Of a stretch of DNA of 39,180 nt, positions 7,993 through 16,041 are shown piece by piece (the stretch's first letter is position 1; each line of letters begins with the position of its first letter). Position numbers and translations under genes: made by a program. The DNA comes from Candidatus Aenigmatarchaeota archaeon (lineage in GTDB: Archaea; Aenigmatarchaeota; Aenigmatarchaeia; PWEA01): positions 1 through 39,180 of the forward strand of contig PWIB01000007.1 of assembly GCA_003555465.1 (NCBI GenBank), read 5' to 3'. The notes under the pieces were generated by a model. The model saw only the letters and a list, made by a program, of their open reading frames with translations. It did no database searches and was not told where the DNA came from.

Positions 7993-8811
7993 CTAGTTCT
8001 CCAATCCTCTGAGAAAGCTGTGGATATTCTCACCGAGTTTCTGAGAATTATAACCTCCTTCCAGGACACAGAATACAGGTATTTCCAGTTCAGCCAACCT
8101 TTGCCCTATACTCCTGTAAGATTGAGTCGTTAGTTGTATTTTCGAGGCTAAAGGGTCTTCTTTGTATGTATCGAAGCCCGCAGAGACCGCCAAAATATCA
8201 AACTCTCTGTCCAGGCTCAACATCCTGTCCAGAACCTCGAGGTACTCTTCGTCCTTCACAGTACTCGTAAACAGGTGGTTGTGGCAGTTTTGCTCAGATT
8301 TTCTTCCCGTTCCCGGGAAACCTGAACCATGGAGCGAAACGTATTCGACGTTCTCCTCCCCGAGGAAGATATCCTGTGTGCCGTTCCCATGATGACGATC
8401 GATATCGACTATCAGTACTCTTTTGTCTAGCTTCTCCACAGCCACAGCTATGTTATTGAAGTAGCAGAACCCACCCAATCTTTCCCTGGTGGCGTGGTGC
8501 CCAGGAGGTCTCATCAATGAAAAGCCGTTTACCTCGGCGGCCTTTATCGCCCCGCCTACGGACAAACGCGCGTATTCGTATATGTCCTCGTAAGCAGGAC
8601 AGTCCATGCTGCGGAAGTTGCCTTCCCCGACCTTTCTTACCAGCTCCTGACTATGAACCTCCAGAATGTCCTCTTTTCTACATTTCTCAGGCTCCATGAA
8701 CTCGTAACCCTTCTCCTTCAAAAAATCAGCAGCCTTGGCGACTCTTTCAGGAGACTCGGGGTGACCTGCCCTAGAGAACCGAAGACATTTTTCAGAGTAT
8801 ACTATCTTCAT
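7993..8811 (-). CDS. histone deacetylase / acetoin utilisation family deacetylase
   Basis: MRPPGHHA, CYFNNIAVA, DIDRHHGNGTQDIF, SAGFDTY and LEGGYN are the catalytic motifs of the HDAC superfamily. Confidence 0.85.
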   Translation of the reverse strand: MKIVYSEKCLRFSRAGHPESPERVAKAADFLKEKGYEFMEPEKCRKEDILEVHSQELVRKVGEGNFRSMDCPAYEDIYEYARLSVGGAIKAAEVNGFSLMRPPGHHATRERLGGFCYFNNIAVAVEKLDKRVLIVDIDRHHGNGTQDIFLGEENVEYVSLHGSGFPGTGRKSEQNCHNHLFTSTVKDEEYLEVLDRMLSLDREFDILAVSAGFDTYKEDPLASKIQLTTQSYRSIGQRLAELEIPVFCVLEGGYNSQKLGENIHSFLRGLEN

Positions 8812-8926
8812 AAAGAAAAGATTTTTCTGAGGGTTTATAGACTTTTACAACTTACAGATACTGTCGAATTAAGCTTGTAGTAACTTTTTTGATTTCTTAA
8901 TCCGTGAAATCATTCAACAACAAAAC

Positions 8927-9115
8927 TCAGCAGCTCCTTTCTATAGGCTTGTCCAACCCCAGAGCTTCGATCAACTCGTCTTCTTTCTTTTGAGGATTGT
9001 AATCAATTGCCCTCACAAAACTACTGTTCTCTCTCTTCATATGCTCCTTGTATTTCTCAGCCCAAACTTCTTCAGAATCGTTCGCTCCAGGATGTTTTTC
9101 AATATACCCTACCAT
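8927..9115 (-). CDS. small hypothetical protein
   Basis: A 62-aa ORF with normal charged composition, standing alone between intergenic spacers. I recognise no motif. Confidence 0.3.
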   Translation of the reverse strand: MVGYIEKHPGANDSEEVWAEKYKEHMKRENSSFVRAIDYNPQKKEDELIEALGLDKPIERSC

Positions 9116-9184
9116 GATATCAAGACAAACCTAACACCCAAAAAATTTAAAGCTACCGGAGTTCACCTACCGAAAAGGGCTATC

Positions 9185-10753
9185 TCATATATCCTTAATC
9201 ATATAAGAACCCAGGAGACTGTATCCTAGATTCCTGTAGTACTCCCTGGCGCCGATGCCTGATATAACAGCCATGCTTTCCATGTCTTCTTCCTCGCAGA
9301 GCTCCTCGGCTCTGTCGAGAAGTTTGCTACCGTAGCCACTGTGCTGCACGCCTCCTCCCTCACTACCCAACGGAACCTCTTGTCCGTAAACGTGCAGCTC
9401 CCTGACAAGACCTGTCTTTCCGTCCAGTTCTTCGATGAAAGGATCGTCAGGAATCCTCAGTCTTAACAAAGCAGCTATAACGTCCTCGTCTCTGTCCTCG
9501 AAGGAGAGGAAGTATTCTTTTCCGTCGGAAGCCTCGTAGCTTCTCTCCGCGAGTTCAAAATTCAAGTTTTCCGCATCAATGTCGCTTCTACCTACCTCTC
9601 TGCACCTTATACATCTACATTCCTCGCCGCGTTCTTCCATTTCCCTTGAGACTATCTGGCGGAGGTTGGACTTTTCACAGCCCGCCACTATCGCTTCAGC
9701 AGGAACATCCCTGTTTAGCCTCATAACACGAACCCACGGCGGAATCCTCTTTCTCACTTCAACCATAAGATCTATTAACTCACCCTCGCTGTAAGGCTCG
9801 TATTCGCCTTCTCTGTACATCTCTTCAAGCTCCGAGTTTTTTACAACCAAAGTAGGATATATCTTCAAGGAGTCGGGCATAAACCGCTCGTCGGAGAACA
9901 GCTCCTCGAAATATTCGAGATCCTTATTCCTGGATGAACCAGGAAGGCCTGGCATGTAGTGGTATGTTACCTTGAGTCCGGAGTCCTTCAACAGCTTCGT
10001 TGCCTCTGCAACGTCCTCCACGGTGTGGCCTCTTTCTACTCTGCTGTACATGTCATCGTCGGGGACCTGCACACCCAGCTCCACGCGTGTAGTGCCTAAA
10101 TCCAACATATTACGAATCTCCTTCCCCTTACAGTAGTCCGGTCTTGTTTCCACAGTAAGACCAACACACCTGTGCTCCGCTTCCTCGTTTCTCTTCTTAG
10201 CCTCTTCCAGGCTTTTGCTTCTTTCACCATTCAGAGCTTCGAAGCAGCCCCTGACGAAATCCTTCTGGTAGGACAGGTCACGTGCAGGGAAGGTGCCTCC
10301 CATGACAATAAGCTCCACCTTGTTTGCATGGTGTCCTGTAAGATTCAACTGTTCGAGACGTCTCTGCGTTTGTCTGTACGGATCGAAGCCGTTCTGCTGT
10401 GCCCTCATCACCGCAGGCTCGTTGTCCACGTAGGACTGCGGAGCTTCAGGATCTCTGGGGCAGTAGACGCAGGTTCCGTGGGGGCATTCCGCCGGTGAAG
10501 ACATGACCGCAACTATAGAAACGCCGGACTTGCTTCTCGACGGCCTTCTTCTCAGTTTTTCCAAGACCTCCTCCCTTTCTTCACAGGAAGCGAGCTCCAG
10601 TACTTCCTCGTTCGAAGGAATCTTGCAGCCGTGTTCCGAAGCTATCTTCGTCTTCAGATCATGGACTTCCTCCCTCGGAATTTCTTCCTCCAGCAACCGC
10701 TCCAACACTTCTTCGGCAACTTCCCTCCTCTCCTCAGACCTTATCATCGACAT
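9185..10753 (-). CDS. elp3: Elp3-type radical SAM / GNAT tRNA carboxymethyluridine synthase
   Basis: 522 aa. The radical SAM cluster site CPHGTCVYCP is followed by a C-terminal GNAT region (HSGYGSKLL). Confidence 0.9.
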   Translation of the reverse strand: MSMIRSEERREVAEEVLERLLEEEIPREEVHDLKTKIASEHGCKIPSNEEVLELASCEEREEVLEKLRRRPSRSKSGVSIVAVMSSPAECPHGTCVYCPRDPEAPQSYVDNEPAVMRAQQNGFDPYRQTQRRLEQLNLTGHHANKVELIVMGGTFPARDLSYQKDFVRGCFEALNGERSKSLEEAKKRNEEAEHRCVGLTVETRPDYCKGKEIRNMLDLGTTRVELGVQVPDDDMYSRVERGHTVEDVAEATKLLKDSGLKVTYHYMPGLPGSSRNKDLEYFEELFSDERFMPDSLKIYPTLVVKNSELEEMYREGEYEPYSEGELIDLMVEVRKRIPPWVRVMRLNRDVPAEAIVAGCEKSNLRQIVSREMEERGEECRCIRCREVGRSDIDAENLNFELAERSYEASDGKEYFLSFEDRDEDVIAALLRLRIPDDPFIEELDGKTGLVRELHVYGQEVPLGSEGGGVQHSGYGSKLLDRAEELCEEEDMESMAVISGIGAREYYRNLGYSLLGSYMIKDI

Positions 10754-10805
10754 AGTTGTAAAAGGAGAACTGAAAGTTAAAAACTCACGGGTCTCATTTA
10801 GAATT

Positions 10806-11459
10806 ATGGAGCCTAAAGTCTTTTACGACGAAGTGGCTGAATCCTGGTACAACATCAGGCACTGGAGCCTTTTTCAAGAGGAGTTGGAAGAGCTGAACGA
10901 AAGATGGGAAGGAGGTAAGCTTCTGAATATAGGATGTGCCCATGGCTCCGACTTCCTACCCTTCGACAGAGAGAAGTTCGAACTCTACGGCCTGGACGTT
11001 TCAAAGGAACTTCTGAAAAAGGCAGAGGACTACTCCTCGAAGTTCAACTTCTCTCCAAAACTGATAGCAGGAGATATGAGAGAGCTTCCCTTCAGGCAGG
11101 AGAGCTTCGACAGTGTTATCTCCGTGGCTTCCCTGCATCACCTTCTCGAAAGGGAACAGAGAATCAAGGCCCTCGAGGAAATAAAGAGAGTTCTTAAACC
11201 AAACAAAGAGGCCTTCATAACCGTGTGGAACAAGAGGCAGAAGGAGTTCATAAGGGACAACAAGATTGTACAAAAAACGTGGGACTACAAGGGGAAAGAA
11301 CTAACCAGGAAATACTACCTGTACACTTACGGTGAGCTGAAAAAGGACCTGAAGCAAGCGGGCTTCGAAGTCCTGGAGCTCAAGCCTGAAAAGTCCTACC
11401 AAATACCCTTTGTCAAGGAGTTCTCGAGAAACATACTCTCTCTTATAAGAAAGCCTTGA
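10806..11459 (+). CDS. class I SAM methyltransferase, Trm9-like
   Basis: LLNIGCAHG (motif I), DMRELPF, and SVISVASLHHLLEREQRIKALEEIKRVLKPNKEAFITVW, which parallels the Trm9/ALKBH8 methyltransferase signature. The true start is the ATG at 10806. The track ORF starting at 10503 is an antisense extension into elp3. Confidence 0.7.
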   Translation: MEPKVFYDEVAESWYNIRHWSLFQEELEELNERWEGGKLLNIGCAHGSDFLPFDREKFELYGLDVSKELLKKAEDYSSKFNFSPKLIAGDMRELPFRQESFDSVISVASLHHLLEREQRIKALEEIKRVLKPNKEAFITVWNKRQKEFIRDNKIVQKTWDYKGKELTRKYYLYTYGELKKDLKQAGFEVLELKPEKSYQIPFVKEFSRNILSLIRKP

Positions 11460-11503
11460 GCTGGATATGCAAATTTTAATAGTAGCGCTGACAACTTTAA
11501 GAT

Positions 11504-12709
11504 ATGCCCTGGGTAGACAAGTACGAACCTGAGAGCCTTGAAGACTTTTCCGGCCAGAAGAAGCAGATAAACAAGCTGAAGGACTGGTACGGGAACTGGG
11601 GCCCAGGTGACGATGCGCTTCTAATGCACGGACCTCCGGGCAGCGGGAAGACAACTTCCGTATATGCTCTTGCCAATGACAGAAATCTGGAGATATTCGA
11701 GGTAAACGCTTCCGACAACAGGAACAAGAAGGACATAGAGAATCTGGCCGGCTCCGCGTCCCAACAGATGAGCCTCATGGGAAGGGAAAAGATTATACTT
11801 ATAGACGAGGTAGACGGACTCTCAGGAAACAAGGACCGCGGCGGAGTTTCAGCTATAATAGAAGTTATAAAGGAGTCGAAGTTTCCTGTAGTCCTTACAG
11901 CAAACGACGCCTACGAAAGCAAGCTACGGAGTCTGAGAAGATACTGCGAACTCGTGGACTTCGGTAAGGTACACCTCTCCTCCATGACAGCCAATCTTGC
12001 AAGGATATGTGAGGAAGAAGGTGTGGAAGCCGAAAGGAAGATTCTGAAGAGGATTGCTAGAAAGAGCTCCGGCGACATGCGTTCCGCTATAAACGACCTG
12101 GAAGCTGTTGCTAGAGGCCAAGAAAAGATAACGAAGGAGGACCTCGAGGCCTTAGGCTTCAGGGACAGGGAAAAAGAGATCTTCGAGGTATTGAAGGTCG
12201 TCTTCAAGACTATGACCGCAAAGACAGCCAAGGATATGGCAGACGACTCCGAAAAGGATCCAGACGAGCTGTTCTGGTGGATAGAACAAAACGTGCCGAA
12301 TGAGTACAAAAAAGAAATGGACGTAGCAGATGCATTTGAAAAGCTTTCAAAGGCTGACCTGTTCAAGACACGCATAAGAAGGAGGCAGAACTGGTCGCTT
12401 ATGAAGTACTACATAGCTCTTATGTCGGCGGGTGTCGCACTGGCAAAGAAGGAGAAGTACGGTGGTTTCACAAGATATCAGCCGCCTCAGAGGCTAAAAA
12501 GGTACGGTAAAAGCAAAGGTAAGAGGAAAGCTATGGAAGATATACATGGGAAGTTGGTAAATGAGCTGCACGTTTCCTCATCGAAAATGAAAATGGAGTA
12601 CATACCCCTAATGAAATGGATCATGAAAAAACAGGAAGGATCAGTCGAGGGACTGATGAAATCTTATGGACTTTCTGAAGAGGACTTAGAACAGATAAGG
12701 GATTTCTGA
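11504..12709 (+). CDS. rfcL: replication factor C large subunit
   Basis: PWVDKYEP (RFC box), Walker A GPPGSGKT, IILIDEVDG, and a basic C-terminal region. Confidence 0.85.
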   Translation: MPWVDKYEPESLEDFSGQKKQINKLKDWYGNWGPGDDALLMHGPPGSGKTTSVYALANDRNLEIFEVNASDNRNKKDIENLAGSASQQMSLMGREKIILIDEVDGLSGNKDRGGVSAIIEVIKESKFPVVLTANDAYESKLRSLRRYCELVDFGKVHLSSMTANLARICEEEGVEAERKILKRIARKSSGDMRSAINDLEAVARGQEKITKEDLEALGFRDREKEIFEVLKVVFKTMTAKTAKDMADDSEKDPDELFWWIEQNVPNEYKKEMDVADAFEKLSKADLFKTRIRRRQNWSLMKYYIALMSAGVALAKKEKYGGFTRYQPPQRLKRYGKSKGKRKAMEDIHGKLVNELHVSSSKMKMEYIPLMKWIMKKQEGSVEGLMKSYGLSEEDLEQIRDF

Positions 12710-12753
12710 AACCCATACTTTCTTCCTCACAATTAAGGAGGTGGTTGCGGCGG

Positions 12754-14232
12754 TTAAGGTGGTTCATAATCAATTCCACACGTACCACCAGTACAAACCA
12801 AACCTGAACAACAATCTGCATCGCTTTCACAATCTTCACCAAAGCCCTGACAGTCTTCCTCCTCAAAGGTCGCGGTTATTGAGTAGTCGTCTTCCATAGT
12901 TATATAGGTGCCAGCCGAGTCTGGATCTTCTATGTTTTCTGTGTCTCCTGCCCAACCATCGAAAGTATGGTCCAAGCTAGGAAAAGCGCCTAATTCTACT
13001 TCCTCGCCTTCCGCCCGGTTGGAAAATTCACCTTCACCGGGCTCATAAACAGAACCACCATCTTCCGAATCTATAAACAAGGTGTAAGTCTCTTCTACAA
13101 ATACAGGAGTTATATCATAGTTTCCATTCATTTCCACTTCCGTATTCATTTCTTCTGTATCCTCAACCTCCTCGACATCGCCCTGCCACTCAAAGAACTC
13201 CCATCCATCCTCAGGGTCAGCAGACAGTTCAACCGAAGTCCCCTGCTCATAATCTTCCTCGAATCCAGCCTCTACACTTCCACCATCAACTTCCACAGAA
13301 CCCCCACCTTCTATTTCAGGAATTGAAAGTGTAGCATACTCCTCAAACATGGCTTCAACATCCTTATCATCGTCCATGACAACAGTTATCTCCTCGTTTC
13401 CTTCTTCGCCGTCTGGAACATCACCTGACCATTCATCGAAATACGACCCCTCTTCGGATTCAGCACTCAGGTAAACTTCTTCGTCAGGAGGATAGGAATT
13501 TAATCCGGACATGTCTTCACCGTCTTGTCCTTCGACATTACCCCCCCCTTCCACATCAACATACAGCTCGTACATCTCTTCTAGATGAACCTTAGCAGTC
13601 TTGTCACTATCCATACCTATAACTATATCCTTTTCCTCATATTCCACTCCATCAACGCTCCAAAAATCAAAGCTGTAACCCTCGTCAGCTTCAAAGAAAA
13701 GGCTTACCTCCTCGCCTACGCCGAATACCTCTGTATAACCTGAGTCCACAGGCGCTCCATTGACAAAGATCTGCCCTTCATCGACGCCTTTCATCACCTG
13801 GAGTTCGTACTCCTCGGGACCGACCTGAAATGAGTCGTTCAGAAAAAAGCCAGGTGATGTCAAAAAAATCGACGCTGTAGTCCTGTGCTCAGCGTCGCAG
13901 TATTCATGATAGGTTATGTCTAGATGTGCTGTCCTGAATCTCATTCCTCTCTCGGCAACCTCCTTGAGCTCCTTCAGATCACGTTTCCTCGGGTAACCAT
14001 CCTCGCCACATTCGCTATCTGCCACTGTTCTGTCTATACTTTGTCTTATGCTGGTTGAGACTCCATCCTCCTGGTACATATGAAAATCCGTAAGCCTTAT
14101 CTCATCGTAAACCTCCAAAATACTAACAATTCCCATAACAGAAATCGCGACAATAACTATAGATATAACGAAAAACTGTCCTCTTTCACCTATATAATTA
14201 TATTTTGGCCATCTGGGCATGTTCAACCCCAT
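12754..14232 (-). CDS. surface protein: prepilin-like N-terminus, 4 InlB B-repeat-like domains, C-terminal 6-Cys module
   Basis: ERG/QFFVISIVIVAISVMGIV (class III signal-like). Four repeats of about 75 aa carry G(Y/S/W).F..W.GD ... A.F. The C-terminus is CQGFGEDCESDADCCSGLVCTGGTC. The start (14232 or 14220) overlaps the end of the DUF424 gene. Confidence 0.7.
   Translation of the reverse strand: MGLNMPRWPKYNYIGERGQFFVISIVIVAISVMGIVSILEVYDEIRLTDFHMYQEDGVSTSIRQSIDRTVADSECGEDGYPRKRDLKELKEVAERGMRFRTAHLDITYHEYCDAEHRTTASIFLTSPGFFLNDSFQVGPEEYELQVMKGVDEGQIFVNGAPVDSGYTEVFGVGEEVSLFFEADEGYSFDFWSVDGVEYEEKDIVIGMDSDKTAKVHLEEMYELYVDVEGGGNVEGQDGEDMSGLNSYPPDEEVYLSAESEEGSYFDEWSGDVPDGEEGNEEITVVMDDDKDVEAMFEEYATLSIPEIEGGGSVEVDGGSVEAGFEEDYEQGTSVELSADPEDGWEFFEWQGDVEEVEDTEEMNTEVEMNGNYDITPVFVEETYTLFIDSEDGGSVYEPGEGEFSNRAEGEEVELGAFPSLDHTFDGWAGDTENIEDPDSAGTYITMEDDYSITATFEEEDCQGFGEDCESDADCCSGLVCTGGTCGIDYEPP
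12859..13809 (-). repeat. four tandem protein-domain repeats (aa 142-458) inside the surface protein gene
   Basis: Repeat anchors are EGYSFDFWSVDG, EGSYFDEWSGDV, DGWEFFEWQGDV and DHTFDGWAGDT. Each is preceded by a Y.L.V..GG.V block and followed by (V/A/T).(F/L)EE. Confidence 0.75.
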
Positions 14233-14491
14233 CTATCTTTAGAACCTTGTCCTTTTCAAAGAATCCGTTTTCGACTAAAAGAGAAACGGCCTCGGGTCCA
14301 ACTGCGTTTATTATACTACTCTTCTCCGCCTTCTCGACAAGCTCCTCCGCGTCTATTCTTTTCTGGCCGTAAAAGCCCTCTTTGACCTCAAAGCTCCTCT
14401 TTTCATCCTCTAGAACTTCACCGAGAAGCTCCTCGTCACATACAGCAAGGACTTTCTGCCCTTCCCTTTCAGTGTAGTTGTGGTAGAACAT
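14198..14491 (-). CDS. DUF424 family protein
   Basis: VLAVCDEELLGEVLE...FYGQKRIDAEEL...INAVGPEAV...IDGVEHAQ matches the archaeal DUF424 pattern. It directly abuts aIF2-beta. Confidence 0.75.
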   Translation of the reverse strand: MFYHNYTEREGQKVLAVCDEELLGEVLEDEKRSFEVKEGFYGQKRIDAEELVEKAEKSSIINAVGPEAVSLLVENGFFEKDKVLKIDGVEHAQMAKI

Positions 14492-14893
14492 CTAAAACTG
14501 CCTTACAGCCTGTTTAGCACCACAGGCCTCGCATTTTATCTTCTTGATCCTTTCCTCCTCCACCAGCTCTGTATCTACCTTTTCACAGGCAGGACAGATT
14601 ACAAAATCATCAACGTACTGACTAACCTTGTCGGAGACCTTCCTTTCGGTTATCCTTCCCTGGAACACGGCTCTTGAGCCTTCTACGCTTCCGGGAACAC
14701 CTAGCTCTCTCCTGAGAAAGTTCATCATATGCTCCTCCGGCCTCCTCAGCTTGTCAGCTATCTTGGAAAAGTTCTTGATTATTGTCTTCTCTCCTTCCTG
14801 CATAGTTTCCGGTTCAGGAACTTCAAACCTTTCTTCGTCCACAGTCTCGGAAATCTTCTCCTCCGCTCTGTCGTAGAGTTCATCGTAATCCAT
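14492..14893 (-). CDS. eif2b: translation initiation factor aIF2 beta subunit
   Basis: DYDELYDRA, the KTIIKNF...ADKLRRPEEHMMNFLRRELG block, and the C-terminal zinc ribbon CPACEKVDT...CEACGA. Confidence 0.9.
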   Translation of the reverse strand: MDYDELYDRAEEKISETVDEERFEVPEPETMQEGEKTIIKNFSKIADKLRRPEEHMMNFLRRELGVPGSVEGSRAVFQGRITERKVSDKVSQYVDDFVICPACEKVDTELVEEERIKKIKCEACGAKQAVRQF

Positions 14894-14944
14894 AAAACCA
14901 CCTTATTGTCTAATTGACTAACAGACTTAATAACCTTAGATATT

Positions 14945-15709
14945 TTAAAGCTTCTTGATCTTGCCGGGTCTCGGCTCAAAGCACGTACCTTCAGTGAGAA
15001 GATCGTTTACCACGTTGTCTATATCGCTTTCTTCTGCGTCCACTTCGTCTATTATATCCTCGTAAGAAGCCCCTTCGCCTTCATCTATATCTTCTATGGC
15101 TTCGAGAACTTCGTTTCTGAGCTCACTCTTGTCCTCTTCCTCTTCGCCCTCACCGAAGCTGTCCTCTTCTTCGAGGCTCTCTGCCTTGATTATAGCTTCG
15201 GCCCTTTCAATGCCAACCTCCTCGGCAAAGACCTCCTCGCCGTTGTCAGGATGCTCATCCCTGAGCTCCTCCAACCTTTCCTTGTCCTCCTCCAAAGACT
15301 TGAGCTCTTCAACAACCTCAACAAGGTTCAAAGTCATGAGGTTAGGATCCTCTACCTCCTTCAGTATCTCAGAATTTATGTATATTTCTCCTTCATACTC
15401 CTGGACCTTTCCGACGCATAAGACGAGGTCGCCTTCCTCCACCTTCTCGTAGTCACCGAGGTCCTGGAAGAACTTTGCCCTTATGGTCTCCGTCTCGTCG
15501 TCAAGAACTATGAAAGCGTAGCTCTCGTCGTCGTTTACAAACTTAGTGGTGACAGTAGCTACAAGCTTGACCCTGCTTACCCTCTGGCCGCAGGGAGTTA
15601 TGAGGTAGTTACTTTTGAATCCTTCCTGTCTGAAATACCTGCCGCTGACCAAGTCCTCTACTAAAGCTCTCTTTGCTGTAAGCCTCTCCTGTTTTCCGTC
15701 CATATGCAT
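14945..15709 (-). CDS. OB-fold ssDNA-binding-like protein with acidic linker and C-terminal winged helix (RPA32/Rpa2-like)
   Basis: The N-terminal OB region is VSRVKLVATVT...AFIVLDDETETIRAKFF...GDLVLCVGKVQEYEGEIYIN. A long E/D linker follows, then the C-terminus LLTEGTCFEPRPGKIKKL. The ATG at 15709 overlaps the DUF3467 stop (TGATG). Confidence 0.65.
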   Translation of the reverse strand: MHMDGKQERLTAKRALVEDLVSGRYFRQEGFKSNYLITPCGQRVSRVKLVATVTTKFVNDDESYAFIVLDDETETIRAKFFQDLGDYEKVEEGDLVLCVGKVQEYEGEIYINSEILKEVEDPNLMTLNLVEVVEELKSLEEDKERLEELRDEHPDNGEEVFAEEVGIERAEAIIKAESLEEEDSFGEGEEEEDKSELRNEVLEAIEDIDEGEGASYEDIIDEVDAEESDIDNVVNDLLTEGTCFEPRPGKIKKL

Positions 15710-16038
15710 CAACCTATGTATGTTGGCTCGTCAGCATCGTCCGCTTCGATCTCTTCCTTGTCCTTCTTCTCCCTTTCCTTAACTTCTATCTCTCCGAACT
15801 TGTCCTCGTACTTCTCCACGTTCTTCTGCAAGACCTTCAGTATCTTCTTGGCGAGGACAGGATCCATGACAATGGGCTTGTGCCAGACTACAGACTCGAC
15901 GTTCCTTCCTTGCTTTGTTTTACTTACCTTCGGTGTGGACTGCTTGAAGTCGAAGACGAACTTGTGGGGATTGAACAGAACGGAAAACGAGTCGCTGAAA
16001 AAGGCTTCGTCCTCTTTCTCTTTACCTTTGTTTTTCAT
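15709..16038 (-). CDS. DUF3467 family protein
   Basis: 109 aa. FNPHKFVFDF...PIVMDPVLAKKILKVLQKNVEKYEDKFGEI follows the DUF3467 consensus (..EF.lDF ... P.hAKrLl.aLq.Ni.kYE..fG.I). Confidence 0.7.
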   Translation of the reverse strand: MKNKGKEKEDEAFFSDSFSVLFNPHKFVFDFKQSTPKVSKTKQGRNVESVVWHKPIVMDPVLAKKILKVLQKNVEKYEDKFGEIEVKEREKKDKEEIEADDADEPTYIG

Positions 16039-16041
16039 TAT

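Noticed and set aside
10503-10805. The 5' extension of the methyltransferase ORF (Ser/Leu-rich MTATIETPDLLL...)
   Set aside because: It runs antisense through the elp3 coding region, is low complexity, and the methyltransferase homology starts only at MEPKVFYDE (10806).
12859-13809. A diversity-generating retroelement target, suggested by the repeated variable domains in the surface protein
   Set aside because: There is no reverse transcriptase, no template/variable DNA repeat pair and no A-biased mismatch pattern anywhere in the window.
15096-15452. Numerous Ser/Leu/Phe-rich ORFs antisense to real genes (for example 15096-15452, 20111-20659, 3683-4369, 11911-12375, 34342-34836)
   Set aside because: They are mirror images of GAA/GAG/AAG-rich sense codons. 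Their low-complexity S/L/F composition carries no motifs, and each is fully nested in a well-supported gene on the other strand.
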